Shown here: one piece after another, positions 11,641 through 34,460 of the stretch
Layout of the letters: the number at the start of each line of letters is the position of its first letter
Numbering within the stretch: the first letter of the stretch is position 1
NCBI GenBank assembly: GCA_030141605.1
Contig: JAQGDQ010000489.1
Location: 62,001-126,000 of the forward strand
Length of the DNA: 64,000 nucleotides
Direction: 5' to 3'
From: Tubiluchus corallicola
Taxonomy: Eukaryota; Animalia; Priapulida
Made by a program: the position numbers and the translations under genes
The notes under the pieces: generated by a model
The model's database searches: none
What the model saw: the letters and a program-made list of their open reading frames with translations, nothing else
Told to the model about the DNA's origin: nothing

Positions 11641-14600
11641 GCTATTTTTCTAATTTTTTAACCATTTTTAATTTACATTAAAGTATAAGGAAAGCAATTC
11701 TGTGTGGAGGTGTGCGGAGTGCAGAGGTGTGTGGAGTGTGGAGTGAAGAGGTGTGTGGAGTGCGGAGGTGTGGAGTGAAGAGGTGTGTGGAGTGCAGAGG
11801 TGTGTGGAAGTGTGGAGTGAAGAGGCATGTGGAGTGTGGAGTGAAGAGGTGTGTGCAGTGCAGCGGTGTGTGGAGGTGTGGAGTGAAGAGGTACGTAGAG
11901 TGGGGAGTGAAGAGGTGTGTGGAAGTGTGGAGTGAAGAGGCGTGTGGAGTGTGGAGTGAAGAGGTGCGTGGAGGTGTGGAGTGAAGAGGCGTATGGAGTG
12001 TGGAGTGAAGAGGTGTGTGCAGTGCGGAGGTGTGTGGAGGTGTGGAGTGAAGAGGCGTGTGGAGTGTGGAGTGAAGAGGTGCGTGGAGGTGTGGAGTGAA
12101 GAGGCGTATGGAGTGTGGAGTGAAGAGGTGTGTGCAGTGCGGAGGTGTGTGGAGGTGTGGAGTGAAGAGGCGTGTGGAGTGTGGAGTGAAGAGGTGCGTG
12201 GAGGTGTGGAGTGAAGAGGCGTATGGAGTGTGGAGTGAAGAGGTGTGTGCAGTGCGGAGGTGTGTGGAGGTGTGGGTGAAGAGGTACGTGGAGTGTGGAG
12301 TGAAGAGGTGCATGGAGGTGTGGAGTGAAGAGGTGTTTGGAGTGCAGAGGTGTGTGGAGTGAAGAGGTGTGTGCAGTGCGGAGGTGTGTGGAGGTGTGGG
12401 TGAAGAGGTACGTGGAGTGTGGAGTGAAGAGGTGCGTGGAGGTGTGGAGTGAAGAGGTGTTTGGAGTGTGGTGGTGTTTACTTGTCAAGAATTTATAGCC
12501 ACTTGATATTTTCTTTAGCCATCTTGACTAAACTAGTTTTTGGCTAAAGGTTGTATAAGGTGGGCAGGCCCTGTATATGATAACACCTGCTAAAACTGCA
12601 GACTCTGCACTTTGTACTAAAGCATTTTTTAAAGTTCTACGATTGTCGCCACAACATCGATTGTCGCCACAACAGCACACTTTAAGAAAAACACGCCATG
12701 CACTCCAACTTAGCCTATTGAGTAGCTGAGTGTGGTGTACACTTGCGTGATCGTACACACTATTTTACTGATCGCCTGATTGCTACAGCCCAAGCTGTGC
12801 AGTGTTCTGCGGCTATTCCAGAAAAAAAACAACCGATCAGCCAACGAAAGTTAAAGCGTTTTTATCTTTTTTAAGAGGAATTTCTCCTTTAAAATAGAGT
12901 AGACTTGAGGTCGAAGTGTATTAGTGTTGTATCTGGGTAGATGAAATTTTCTGTATTAGCCAATTTCACACAAGTGATACCGTACATCATTACTGTGCAA
13001 ACACTGCAGTTACTGCAAGCTTTTTTAATTTTTTCATTAAAAATCGATCTTTAATTTGTCGAAAGTAAGCGAATGCATTTCGTATATAATTTTGATTGCA
13101 AATCCATTATGTGAGGAGTAGAAACCCCCAAAAATTATCAAATATAATGTAATCATTGCTAAGTGGAAGCAGTTTTTCATGAACCCATGCAAAATGCAGC
13201 AAACGCTTCCCGAAGGAGTTAGTATCACGAAAAGCAGCAGTATATTGATCATTAAACACGAATTTTTGTGTGACCCATTGCAATTAAAACGAAAAACAAA
13301 CGCGAAAAATCGACGTCAAAATCACCTCTGCAATTGATTATTGTAAGAAAATCCAATTAGTCATACGTTCCTGAATTTTTTTAATCACAATTGCCAGCAT
13401 TTTAGCAACTTTGTTTGCACCAAAATTTGCACCGTAGCAGTTTATTCGAACTTGCACCACAATACGCTTCAGCACCATGTCGGCTTATATCAGAACACTG
13501 TTAAACAAAATGACCAAAACTTAAACTTGCAAACTAAACACTGTTCAGAAATTACGTGAAAACGAAAATTATCGACTCTTGTTACACACCTTCCTTGACA
13601 GATTGGACAAACACCGGGTTGTCACCGCTGACAGTCAAACCGTACCCCTGTTCGTCTTTCTGGACGATCACACAACGCTGGATCTGTGGTCCACCTGCAA
13701 ATCATTGTGCAAATTTACATTAAATTACTTACATTACATCCAAGTTATAAATGTAGAAAAATAAGAAACTGCACCACTATGCATACGCACCATGCGCAGA
13801 GATTAAACTGATAACAGGAATCAAACAGACAGCGCAGTTAAAAGATAAACACATAAACTGGCACCCAAATGTAGATACAGTTTAAGTTTATACAACAAAC
13901 AGAAGAATCAAAGTCCTAATAATGATTGACGTAGCTGTACAAATTCTGTCTTACCAAGACTTAATTTTAAAAATGCTTTTCGTTGTAAAATTTAGCGATT
14001 TTAGATGCACAGCTTGAACATTTTGAAAGTAAAATGCACAGAAAACTCTACTATTGTTGTCTAACATTAAAAAGTTGTTTTCAATTTGACACAAAAATAG
14101 GCATGATGTGCCACTCACTATTGTTGGTTTTTGTTCGTCTTTCACGTAATCAAAGTGAAAGTTATTTTATTCTCAATGATGCACAGTAGCATAGAAATGG
14201 TCTAACTATTTACCATTTAGTATGAAAAGAGCTGAAATATGTCAAACCTCCAGTGCAGGTTATACCAATTCTAATACTTTTCTATAATTATTTCTCACTC
14301 ATTTAGCACACAAATATACCTTCATGCTACAAAATTATACATATTTCTTCATATCAGTATGTTATTTCAAACGTGTTACTTCGCATTAGTACGAAGTAAC
14401 AATTTTGATAGTTTTTCACCATGTACTGAATGTCACTATGTCGTACTGAATGTGATAATAACAAAACTTAAAAGAAAAAAACTTCAAAAACTTCAATATT
14501 TTAAAACTGAACTTAACAAGTATGAAGTAACAATTTTGATAGTTTTTCACCATGTACTGAATGTCACTATGTCGTACTGAATGTGATAATAACAAAACTT

Positions 14601-17600
14601 AAAAGAAAAAAACTTCAAAAACTTCAATATTTTAAAACTGAACTTAACAAGTATGAAGTAACAATTTTGATAGTTTTTCACCATGTACTGAATGTCACTA
14701 TGTCGTACTGAATGTGATAATAACAAAACTTAAAAGAAAAAAACTTCAAAGACTTCAATATTTTAAAATTGAACTTACCAATGACATCGGAGCTTTCTGA
14801 GTTTTCCTTTCTGGCCTGTGATATATTGGAAGGTTTAGTATGACCACCGAATCTACAAATGAAAATGCATTTAATGCACCGAGCGTGTCAATAGCGTAAT
14901 CACACTAAACTGTGCTTAAGTGTTGATTTAGCAAATTGTCGACTGCCAAGTCAATTTGCAAACAAACATAACCTGCATAACAAACAGTGCCCATGGTAGC
15001 CACAGAGGTGAAAAAATATGCAGGACTCGTGTGTGACGATTTGCAATTACGGTAATGCTGAGTTTTAGCATCCCACTAAACTTGCATGTAACTGTCCTAA
15101 GTTCAAAAGCATGGCTAGATGTAAAGGTGACTCATTGTTTGTGCTATGATGTCCTCAAGATGATATGGTGCAAAGCGTGCAATACTCTCACATAATCTCA
15201 TGTGGTGGGCATTTCACACATTAAACCGGATGTCAAATACTAGAAATAGAAACCGTTATAGACATACACTTTCCAAAATTTGCTTACGAAATGTTGTTAA
15301 ACTTAAATTTTAAGCAAATGTGTTTTTTACAAATTGCACCCTTACAAAAAGCAAAACTGGGCCTAACCTTAAACTACAGCACAAAAGCAAAACTGGACCT
15401 AACCTTAAACTACAGCACAAAAGCAAAACTGGACCTAACCTTAAACTACAGCACAAAAGCAAAACTGGACCTAACCTTAAACTACAGCACAAAAGCAAAA
15501 CTGGACCTAACCTTAAACTACAGCACAAAAGCAAAACTGGACCTAACCTTAAACTATAACTCAAAACAATCTACTCTATAAAATATTGAAAGAGAACATA
15601 CTATTTTTGCAAGAATGGCTTACGTGAAAGAATTATTACCACAGAAACACATTTGAATTCGCGTCACTAGTTCTCCGCCATTACATACATTTTGCCATGC
15701 ACTAGCTAGATGGATACTAGTGCCTGCATCTATGAAACACGTTGCACAAAAATAGGTGCTGCACCTCACGGTTCAGAGGTGTTCGGTTGTGATGTAGTGC
15801 ACACGTTCGAAAATTCGTGCGTGTGCACAGTGGTAAACTTGAAATTTGAACTTTAAACTCACAATTTACCAAGTTTTTGTATATCATGCTGAATGTTGTA
15901 CAGCAACACTGTACTTCAATTTTCCTTCACAACTGAAATGTTTGTGCTGTGGAAAATTATGTTCGGTTGCGATGTCATACCTAGTTTGCTTCACCCCCTG
16001 TTAATTAAGTTTATAAGCTATTGTTTAATTATAAGAAATGCTTTGACATGATCATGGTTGTTACAATGTATACTTTGACCATACTTCAAAATGGCGTAGG
16101 ATATGAAAAATCATCCTGTTTTCCTTTAACATTACACAAGAAATGAAACCAGATTATACCACAACTAAGAACAATATAAAAAACTATAAATGTGTAAAAT
16201 TTCAATTTCCATTAAGTTAAACAATAACGAAAAACAACGTCTGGCAGCGGGAGGGACAATTTAACTAACAAGCACACCGGCATTAAAAACGTCGGTAACC
16301 TCCTGGCACAAAAAAAACAACACCAGAAGAGTCCATTCTAATTTTAGCGTAAAACAGTTTCTCAAGCAGATACTGGCAAACCACTAGGCTGCCGAAGCCA
16401 ACAGGATGTTATGAAAAAGCCAGGAAGCCCAGTATGAAGGCACACCCGCCTAAGATTGCTATGCCATCTGCCAAATTAATCTGTCCACGTGTACATGTCT
16501 TACTGACCTTACCCTGGCTCAATTATAAACCAACATGTTAAGAGTAACAAACTAGGAGAGAAGAAAAAAGAAGAGATATTACTAAATTTTAACAAGCTCG
16601 AAATTCACTTGTACTATATTCTCATATTAACTGCCAAATGTTTTTTGTCCCTCAACCAAATCGTCTTCAGAACAAAAGCCATGGTAAAATCACTAGATGG
16701 TCACAACCACTAACCCGAGGTCTCGGTACAGACTACAGATGTATGCCGTTCTTATAACAGACTTGCCTCTTCTAACTAAAATAATCTGAACAGCAAAAAA
16801 ATAATCTATATATCCACTCTGACATGGTAAAATAATGAAGGCTTTGCCTTATCTAATTAATGAGTTACTGCACAAAGGCCTATAATAAACATTTTAACCC
16901 TTTCAGTCCCAAATTATTTTTTTAATAAGAAATTTTTTTTTGATTTAGTACTTTTGTTCAGTATGTCCATCTTGCTTACACACAATAATTAATTTTTTAC
17001 CTGTGCACGCATGCTAACTATAGCCTGTATCCCATGGGATACATTGGGAGCATAAAATCTGCTTCATTTTGCAACTGCTGATGATTTTTTAAAGTATTTA
17101 AGAAATTTAGTATGCATGCTATGCTGATCTGTGCAAAGTCACCTCTAAAGTACTGTACCTTGCGCAGTTTTTTATGCTATGTAGATTTTCTAGTTTGCCA
17201 TTTTATCACCATTTTTAGTCTATTGTTATTGGCTTAAATCAAAATAACTATTAACAGATCAAATAACTGTCAGTTTTAAAATTTTATTAATTTTAAATGC
17301 AGAAAATATTCTCGTATCCCACGGGATACAACGGGTATGAAAGGGTTAATAGATGCTAAATTATATGTGACATTATTTCATTGATTTACAATAAATTTTT
17401 TTCCCTCATTCCTGACAAAATCATATATAGAGCTGTAGCATACAATTTCTGCAGCTACGATTACCTTTGCAAGAAACATGCATTAATAAATTATAAATCT
17501 AATATGTCTAAAAGGCTTTTGAAATTATCTATGTAACTAGCTAATTGTTTTGCACTGTTCATCCACCTGCTGCCTGTAATGGACAGCTTCATCTACATTT

Positions 17601-20600
17601 CAGAAAAACGTCACTTAATTGTCTGGAAACCACTATCAGTCAGGGTACAGCAGGGGTGTGCAAATTGTGGCCCGCGGGCCACTTGCGGCCCGCCGAGAGA
17701 ATTTGTATGGCCCGCGAAGAGATTTGTCAACCTAATGAAAGTGCAACCCAGGTGATTAATTGAGTGTATCCAGCTGAAGTCGTGCCACGATTCCAAAGAT
17801 AGTGCAGGTAGTTTTTTCTACTAGATCGGATGCCATTAACCCTTACAAGATGGTTGTAGCTTAATAACACTGTACTACACAGACTGTGTGATACACATTA
17901 CTAATATGCATTGTAATGAAATTACCACTATCTGTCCTGAAAGTAGAAATATATGGTTTGTAATATAAATTTTAATAACTTCTAAAATAGTTTCTTGAGT
18001 GTAGTAGTAATGATGTACGCAGGTCGGATGCAAAAAAAATCGTTATTAGGCCTTTCTGTACTTGGCTCCTTGATGAAACTGCCTGTGGCCTGCAGGAAAG
18101 TTTAATGTGACCCGGCTAGTCAGATAATTTGCACACCCCTGGGGTACAGATACGTTTTCTTTTTAATTTGTATCAGAATCCTAACATATTAACGCTATTA
18201 ACCACTTAATGCTATGCTTTTTAAATCGAAAACAATTTTAGAAACTTCAGCCGAGAAATTGAGAAAACATTACACCTCTACAATATCTCAGCTGAAGTAA
18301 TACTTGACCAGAAATGTTAAACTTGCAGATTCAGTTACAAAAACAAGCTAGTTTGACCTGACTGAACTAAGTGCTTCAGAACATATGACAGACTGCACAT
18401 TGCCGTTGAGCAAGACATTTCAGTAGATCAGCAGTGCGTACCATTAATCCACTTCTGAATACATACTGAGATACATTCTTAAAGGAAAACTGGACTCAAT
18501 CTTAAACTACAGTTCAAAACAATCTCTATAAAATATTGAAAGGGAAAATGCTATTTTTTTAAGAATAGCTTACGCAAAAGAATTATTACCACAGAAATGT
18601 AATTTTGAATTCGTGCCACTATATAGTTCTTTGCTGTAACATGCATTTCGCCATTCGCTACTTAGATGGACACTAGCATCTGCATCTCGGAAACGTGCTG
18701 CACAAAAAACAGGTGCCGTACCTCTCAGTTCAGAGGTGCTCGTTTGCAATGTACTGCACACGCTCTGCAGCTCATGCGTGAGCACAGCGGTAAATTTGAA
18801 ATTCAAATTTTTATTTTAAAACTTGTCAAGTTTTAGTACAACACACTAAATCTCTTACAGTGGCACTACACTTCAAATTTCGCTTTCGTAAACATGTGCA
18901 ACGCACTCACTGAATATTTCTGCTGTTGAAAATTATGTACATTTTTGACGTCGTCAATAGTCAACTGTTAATTAAAGTTTTAATCTATTATTTAACTATC
19001 AGAAATGCTTTTTAGTATTACTGGTGTTAAAAAGTATACCATATTTGAAAATGGGGCAGGATATGAAATATCATCCTGTCCTCCTTTAATCACACATTAG
19101 ACTTTACCTGTAGTATTAAGCTTTTTCATTAATATCATAATTACACAAGTTTTCAAGTGATTAATTCACCTTACATACTTTTTAAATCTATTAGTATCGT
19201 TATTAATTCATATCATAATTACACAAGTTTTCAAGTTGTCAAGGATTTTTGTTTGTTAAATTTAATATAGCCATACAGTTACAAGTGGTGACACCTGGCC
19301 TCAATATTTGCATCCTAGTGAATTTCCGAACATTTAAGTTTCAAGGTGTTCATGTGATGACGTGTTTCTGTGAACTCATGATTTAATGTCAATGTACATC
19401 AATTTTTTTTAGTCATTTATTTTATTTACTGTAAGTTTCTCATTAATTTCACGTAATCGTAATTGACCTTTTGATAGAAATGAGTTAGTTTATTAAAGGA
19501 ATTTATATATCTTGTTTCAGATAAAATGTAATATTTTGGGTAATGGTGTCACAGTGTCAGATATGATGAAGTAAATGACTAAGGGGCACGTGACGTGAAA
19601 ATGGTACACTTTCAATAAACAGTTATGCTGAGCAAAATGATGACTTTGTTTGTCACCGTAAAGCCCAAACACAAGTGATTAATTCACCTACATACTTTTT
19701 AAACCTATCAGTATCGTTGTTGTTGTACAAATATCGTTATTGTTATACAAATAAAGCTCAGACTGAGGGATCATTAACATGCACTATCCATATATCAGAT
19801 AGCAAGCCAGTCCTTTCAATTTAGCAGAACATGTTAGCAAAGATAAGTTTTGATCGAAGTAAAAACAAAACGTTTCTTTGAAATGTCTCACTTTTAAGCA
19901 GAAAACTACCACGCTTGATTTACTACTTCGTCAAGCAATATTATTACTGTACGCACAAAAAAAAACTTAGTAAAGACCAGTAATTATTCTTTACAACTAT
20001 TCAAAATGAATCCAATAATAACAATACTAAAAATGTAAGAAGTCATTTCTCCTGAAACATCTTAAAAGCGTCGAATTTTCAGTAACAAAAAAATAAATTA
20101 AATAATTTGAGATGATACGTTGCCTGAAGAAAAAAGGCATGTAGAAGTATGTCAAGTTGTCAACATCACCATCTAGGTCAGGGGTGTGCAAATTATCTGA
20201 CTAGCCGGGCCACGTTAAACTTTCCCACAATTCCTGCGGGCCACAGGCAGTTTGATCAAGGAGCCAAGTACAGAAAGGCCTAATAACGATTTTTTTTGCA
20301 TCCGACCTGCGTACATCATTACTACTACACTCAAGAAACTATTTTAGAAGTTATTAAAATTTATATTACAAACCATATATTTCTACTTTCAGAACAGATA
20401 GTGGTAATTTCATTACAATGCATATTAGTAATGTGTATCACACAGTCTGTGTAGTACAATGACATTAAGCTACAACCGTCTTGTAAGGGTTAATGGCATC
20501 CGATCTAGTAGAAAAAACTACCCGCGCTATCTCTGGGATCGTGGCAGGGACTTCAGCTGGATACACTCAATTAATCGCCCGGGCCGCACTTTCATTAGGA

Positions 20601-23600
20601 TGACAAATCTCTTCGCGGGCCGCACAAATTCTCTCGGCGGGCCCGCAATTTGCACACCCCTGATCTAGGTGATACCAACTCAGTTTTTAATGAAAAAAGC
20701 AATAGTTCACTAAATAAAATCTTGAAACAATCTGTCACACGTCCTGCTCAAATATGATTATCATTAACTGCAGGCAACATTAGAAACATGTTCTTATTTA
20801 AATGCAAGTCATACACGAGTCCATTGAAAAAGATATTAAAATTGCCAAAAACCAACTGTACACATAACAGATTAGCCATATAATCCACCCACCAATGCAA
20901 TCAAACAGCTGAGCTAGATAATCCCACTAGTGCTAATCAAAAATTACGCTATGTTGTGTGGCTGCCAGCTGAGGTAATGACGTTTCATAAATAATACTCT
21001 ATAATGCTTAAAGCACAGTCAGGTGGTGATACACGTATCAACAAACAACTGCCAATGACGTTGTGAAAATAACTATAACAATTTCACGTAAATCACACAC
21101 ATCAAGCATGGAGAAAACAAACCGAACAACAGAAAACAACGGCAGTAAAACAAATGGTTTACAACAATTTGCTAAATGGAGGACTTAACATAAAATGAGT
21201 TTTCTGTAAGAATTTCAGACGAGCAGTAAAAGCAGTGGTTCCCAAAGTAGGGGTAAATTACCCCCAGGGGGTAATATGTTTTTTTGGGGGGGTAACGGGC
21301 ACCCCTCTGAAAATTTTTAAAACTTCGCTCGGAATGCATTTTACGTAGTTTTCTTCTTGAAGAGACTGCCAGTAATGAGCAGGTTCAGTAATTGTAATTC
21401 TTGTTTTGGCAACAATACAACAACAACACCTGGAAATTTATTTATGTCACGAGCAAACATTAATAATTTTGCTTGCTTGTGGCATATACGTGTGTTTACT
21501 TTCTGAGTTGGAGAAGTAGTACTAGGTGGGGGGTAATGGACACGACCGGGTTTCCCGATTTGGGTAACGGTCCGAGAAAGTTTGGAAACCACTGAGTAAA
21601 AGCAATGACGTTTCCAACATGTCAATAACATACCCATACAAAAAATAAGTGTTCCTAAGTTACAAGTGATTGTTATTCCTTAAATGAAGTACTATGCAAG
21701 AGGCAAATAACTATAATTATTGTCAGCACCATAGTTGCTATTGTTAAAATTAGAATTTGTAAGATTTTGTACTTTCTATGTGCAAAAGGTACAGTACATT
21801 CTGCGCTCAATTAAAGATTTCGTTTAGTGATTTTTGTGTTTTTGCTTGTGCACTCTTCTTCATGTTGTACACTCTGAACAATAAAAATATTAGTTTTTGG
21901 CATCTTTTGTGCATTTTATTTATTTTTTCTAATCCATGTTGTATCCATCCATCATATAGTTGAAGGATTTTTAGATAAATAACCTATGCACCTTGGAAAA
22001 ACTGAATCAACTTTGTTAGTACTGACTGAATGTAGAATATCACCCCACCCATATGTAAATATTAAATTTTAAATGGCGAGGAAAAAACTAAAAACGTTAA
22101 ACCAAAATCGTTAGCCAAACATCGAGGTATACATAGAAATCGACCAATCACCGAGTTCAATGAATTAAAAAATTTCGCTGTCAGTTTAAAAAAGAAATGT
22201 AACTTTCGTTTAAAGTTACCATACGGAAATTCTGCATATATTTCAAACATTTTTGCAGTAAAGCCTTTGTCACTTGTAGTGACAAAAGCGACTCAGGGTC
22301 CTTCAACACATCTTTCAAATGTCTCACGAGCTTGTCTCTTAAATATTGATCAATTTCAAGTTCTTGGACAATCTAAGCGACCATTGTGTCCTTCAGGATG
22401 GCTACAGTGCATTTGGTGGGTTGAAAAAAAATAACTGAAAATGTTTTCAGGCCCCTGTTCTGATCATACCGTTCAATATCATAGGCAATGCCAGACAACC
22501 AAGACTTTTGTACTAAATTATGAGGGTATGATAGACACTTAATTGATTCAGCAATACTTTGAATGCAATAAATTGTTCTGTACTATTACTTATTGTTCTT
22601 GTTTCCTCCTCCCCTACGAAAAAGATATATATACCACCCCGTATTTCGTTTTTGTTTTCCTCTTCCCCTACGGAAAAGATATGTACCACCCCATATTTCA
22701 TGGCCTGGAATTATTTGTCCAAATGACTCTTGAAAATATTGAATGACGGTGCACCCACCACACATTCTGGTAGTTTGTTCCATAACGCTGGTGTTCTCAG
22801 GGTGAAAAAACGTTTTCTCTGTGTTTAATCTACTATACTACACTTTAAGCTTTTATGCATGCCCTCTGGTTCTGCCTTCTTCACCTCTCTAGATTAATTT
22901 ATGCGTCACAGAATCCATGCACAATGTTTTAAAACTTCAGTCATATCACCTCTAGGTAAGCTAGGCAATACTACAGTTAGTAACTGTCTTCGTATTCCAA
23001 ACTTGAAATACTGTTACCATTTTAGTTGGTTTAAGCTGTGTTGTACATTTTCCAATGAGTTGATATCTTTCTTACAGTTTGATCATATTGCACTTTCATA
23101 CTCCAATCTAGCTCTAACTAGAGCAGTGTACTGTGGAACAAAGGTGTCTGTACCCACAAAAGTCGAAGAGATATCATAAATTCGTCATTCCCACTATTAT
23201 TTCAATTGCTAGCAAATGTTTCTGCAGGCTCATCGAATTTTAGATTTCTGTCAACTATATCTCCCAAGTCTTTCTTCCTTAGTACTGAACTTCTTTTGTC
23301 AAATTCTTGCACATTCTAGCTTATAGGTTGCTCAAATTTGATTGAAGTTATTTAACATCCTCTATAGAACAATTTGACTAAATATTTTAGTTTTGTCTGC
23401 AAACAATCTCATTGTATTCTGTGCTGGCCCTTATAGAGAAGGTAAACAAAATAGGTCCTAATAGTAAAATACACTGCCATGCGTAATGTCCGACAATTGT
23501 TCAGAACGAGTTATTTATTTTCACTCTTTGGGCCAGCTACGACAGCAAATCATCATATCATATCAAAATGTAAACTTCATTCCAACTATAAAGCTTACTC

Positions 23601-23776
23601 GAATGAGACATCAGGAAGCTAAAGTTCTAAAAAGGTGCGACAAAAGTAGTATCTGCGTGGTAAAATGCAAATGTATAATCTACAACCCAAAAATATATTG
23701 AAAACTGTCATTTTTGTGATTAAAAATAGGTATTTAAACGTTTTTATAAAGAAACTTACAAGTTGGAATCTTCCAT
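1850..23776 (-). CDS. ARHGEF12: Rho guanine nucleotide exchange factor 11/12-like (PDZ-RhoGEF/LARG, RhoGEF2), N-terminal part; gene continues beyond the left edge of the window
   Basis: Phase-compatible GT-AG exons: 23776-23760, 14852-14779, 13694-13590, 11161-11112, 9710-9653, 8036-7852, 6854-6774, 4729-4574, 3756-3604, 2583-2485, 1981-1850 (alternative donor at 1838; possible extra exon 3140-3078). The translation includes QRCVIVQKDEQGYGLTVSGDNPVFVQSVKEGGAAAKAGVQTGDRIIKVNGTLVTNSNHLEVVRLVK, the LARG/PDZ-RhoGEF PDZ domain. It is followed by a coiled-coil-like segment and VISMEEDDL, resembling the stretch just before the RH domain. Exon 1 is inferred from splice phase only. Likely co-ortholog of vertebrate ARHGEF11 and ARHGEF12. 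Confidence 0.88.
2143..2412 (+). mobile_element. Solo LTR, Gypsy-like
   Basis: TGTAG...CTACA termini, 4-bp TSD AAGC (2139-2142, 2413-2416), internal AATAAA at about 2360. Confidence 0.75.
4857..5040. repeat. 30-bp minisatellite, 6 copies
   Basis: Perfect copies of AGTTATAATTATGATTTGTAAAGATAGAAC. Confidence 0.95.
5144..5864. repeat. 33-bp minisatellite, about 22 copies
   Basis: Unit GTGATYGGTGAACATACAGTGTGGCGTACAGTT. Confidence 0.95.
9834..10921. mobile_element. pogo/Tigger-like MITE with an internal unit of about 120 bp repeated 4 times (10151-10621)
   Basis: End GGGAGTCGTTAAGCGAGGACTTACTG; reverse-complement homolog of 35504-36210, which has the unit only once. Left boundary approximate. 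Confidence 0.68.
11495..12475. repeat. (CATA/CATG)n and (CA)n microsatellites (to 11638), then a G-rich GTGGAGTGAAGAGG minisatellite (11701-12475)
   Basis: Direct inspection; includes a higher-order repeat of about 115 bp. Confidence 0.93.
14393..14777. repeat. 131-bp tandem triplication abutting the ARHGEF exon 2 donor
   Basis: Units start at 14393, 14524 and 14655. Confidence 0.92.
15347..16125. mobile_element. Kolobok-like MITE whose left terminus is amplified as a 36-bp tandem repeat (about 6 copies, 15347-15560)
   Basis: Right end TCATCCTGTTTTCCT|TTAA. The repeat unit AAAAGCAAAACTGGACCTAACCTTAAACTACAGCAC corresponds to the left end of the 18483 copy. Confidence 0.7.
16898..17345. mobile_element. 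piggyBac-like MITE
   Basis: TTAA TSD on both sides; termini CCCTTTCA...TGAAAGGG. Confidence 0.85.
17651..18141. mobile_element. hAT (Buster/Charlie-like) MITE family A, copy 1
   Basis: TIR CAGGGGTGTGCAAATT; 8-bp TSD GGGTACAG. Confidence 0.92.
18483..19085. mobile_element. Kolobok-like MITE
   Basis: TTAA TSD; AGG...CCT termini; homologous to about 15528-16125. Confidence 0.7.
19237..19671 (+). mobile_element. Solo LTR with 5-bp TSD
   Basis: TG...CA termini, TSD CAAGT (19232-19236, 19672-19676), AATAAA at about 19614. The uninterrupted target site survives in the adjacent tandem duplicate (about 19132-19201). Confidence 0.72.
20179..20662. mobile_element. hAT MITE family A, copy 2 (opposite orientation to copy 1)
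   Basis: Same TIR; TSD ATCTAGGT. Confidence 0.92.
21233..21594. mobile_element. hAT (Charlie-like) MITE
   Basis: TIR CAGTGGTTCCCAAA / TTTGGAAACCACTG; TSD AGTAAAAG. Confidence 0.85.
22700..23430 (-). mobile_element. Degenerate CR1-group LINE, RT C-terminus and 3' end
   Basis: Frameshifted peptides MRLFADKTKIF, KDLGDIVDRNLKFDE, YTALVRARLEY, RGDMTEV, RTRGH, LWNKLP. Confidence 0.72.
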
Positions 23777-24144
23777 TTCACCAGTAGCTGTTACAAACAC
23801 ACCGTGACACTTCGATATGTTTGTTTTAAACTTTGTCTGTGATCAGCTCGCGAATATAATTTTTTTATGCGAAAACCTTGCCACCCAGCAAGCAAAAATG
23901 AGCGCCAAGTTGTATAAAATAACAGGTAATTACTAGAACTGAATATCGCCAATATTACGCTAAGTCTGAATACAATATAAACAATAAAGTCAAGTAATAA
24001 CATTATGTAAAATAAACAAAGTAGTCCACATTTTCTAGATTAATAATTTCCTCAAGTACAAAAATACGTCCATCTTTACAAACTCACAAACAGGAAACGG
24101 AAATAAAGCAATACCACGACAGGTGGCAATAGTGTCGCATCAAA

Positions 24145-24150
<6 letters not shown>
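23777..24150. promoter_or_regulatory. Putative bidirectional promoter for ARHGEF11/12 and RNF121
   Basis: Divergent start codons about 370 bp apart; ETS-like GGAA pair at about 24091-24104; YY1-like CAAAATGGC overlapping the RNF121 ATG. Confidence 0.6.
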
Positions 24151-33642
<9,492 letters not shown>

Positions 33643-34460
33643 CAGTAGGAGATAGCTAAATATATATTACTGAGGGGCCTTAGCAATATTAGTACAATAA
33701 CCATACAAGTGGGTGAATTTTTTTTTAAATAAGTTCAGTTGTATCATATTAGCTAATTTCATTGGATATCATACAAACATGATAAAAAACACACCAGAAA
33801 ATTTTGTGATACCATGGTAAAAACTACCTTGAAAATTTTGAAATAACAAAATACTTGTGTTGTAAATAGGCATAATTATGTGTACACGATTTGTGTGTAT
33901 ATGTATATATAAATATTGTATTTAAATATTGCCAACATTTTCTTCTTTGTTTTAGAGAAAATATAATTTAAATAAATGTATTCTACAAAATTTTTAACTA
34001 GTTTCAATGAGTATAACAATTACAGATGGTTTGACGACGTACTTTCGGAATAAAATTCATTACATAGGTGCTGCAACTAATGCGTAAAATGCATGTTACA
34101 CTTAAAATTTATCACATGGTTATGAAAACTTTTGAATCATTCTGTAACATTATTTGTCGGCCTGTTAAATTCCTTCTCGTGTATAGCTAAGTGAACACAA
34201 TATTACGCATAAAATTATAATCACCATAGTAATAAAAGGTGCCTCAAGAAACACGGGGATAGTAAATCGTTTGAGGGAAAAATGACTTGCTCTATGATAA
34301 ACCTTGGTACAGTAGTATAATATAAACACACTGTGTCGTTTTAGTATATAATGTTTTTCTTTCTGTGCTTTACGTCAATGTTCAAATAATTTGAATAGTT
34401 ATTAAATTATCTCATTATTGGTGTAAGAATTTCCACTTGACCAGCAAGCGTCACGACGCT

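Noticed and set aside
11230-12488. His/Thr/Pro-rich ORFs of up to 271 aa
   Set aside because: Products of (CA)n and the GTGGAGTGAAGAGG minisatellite; intronic.
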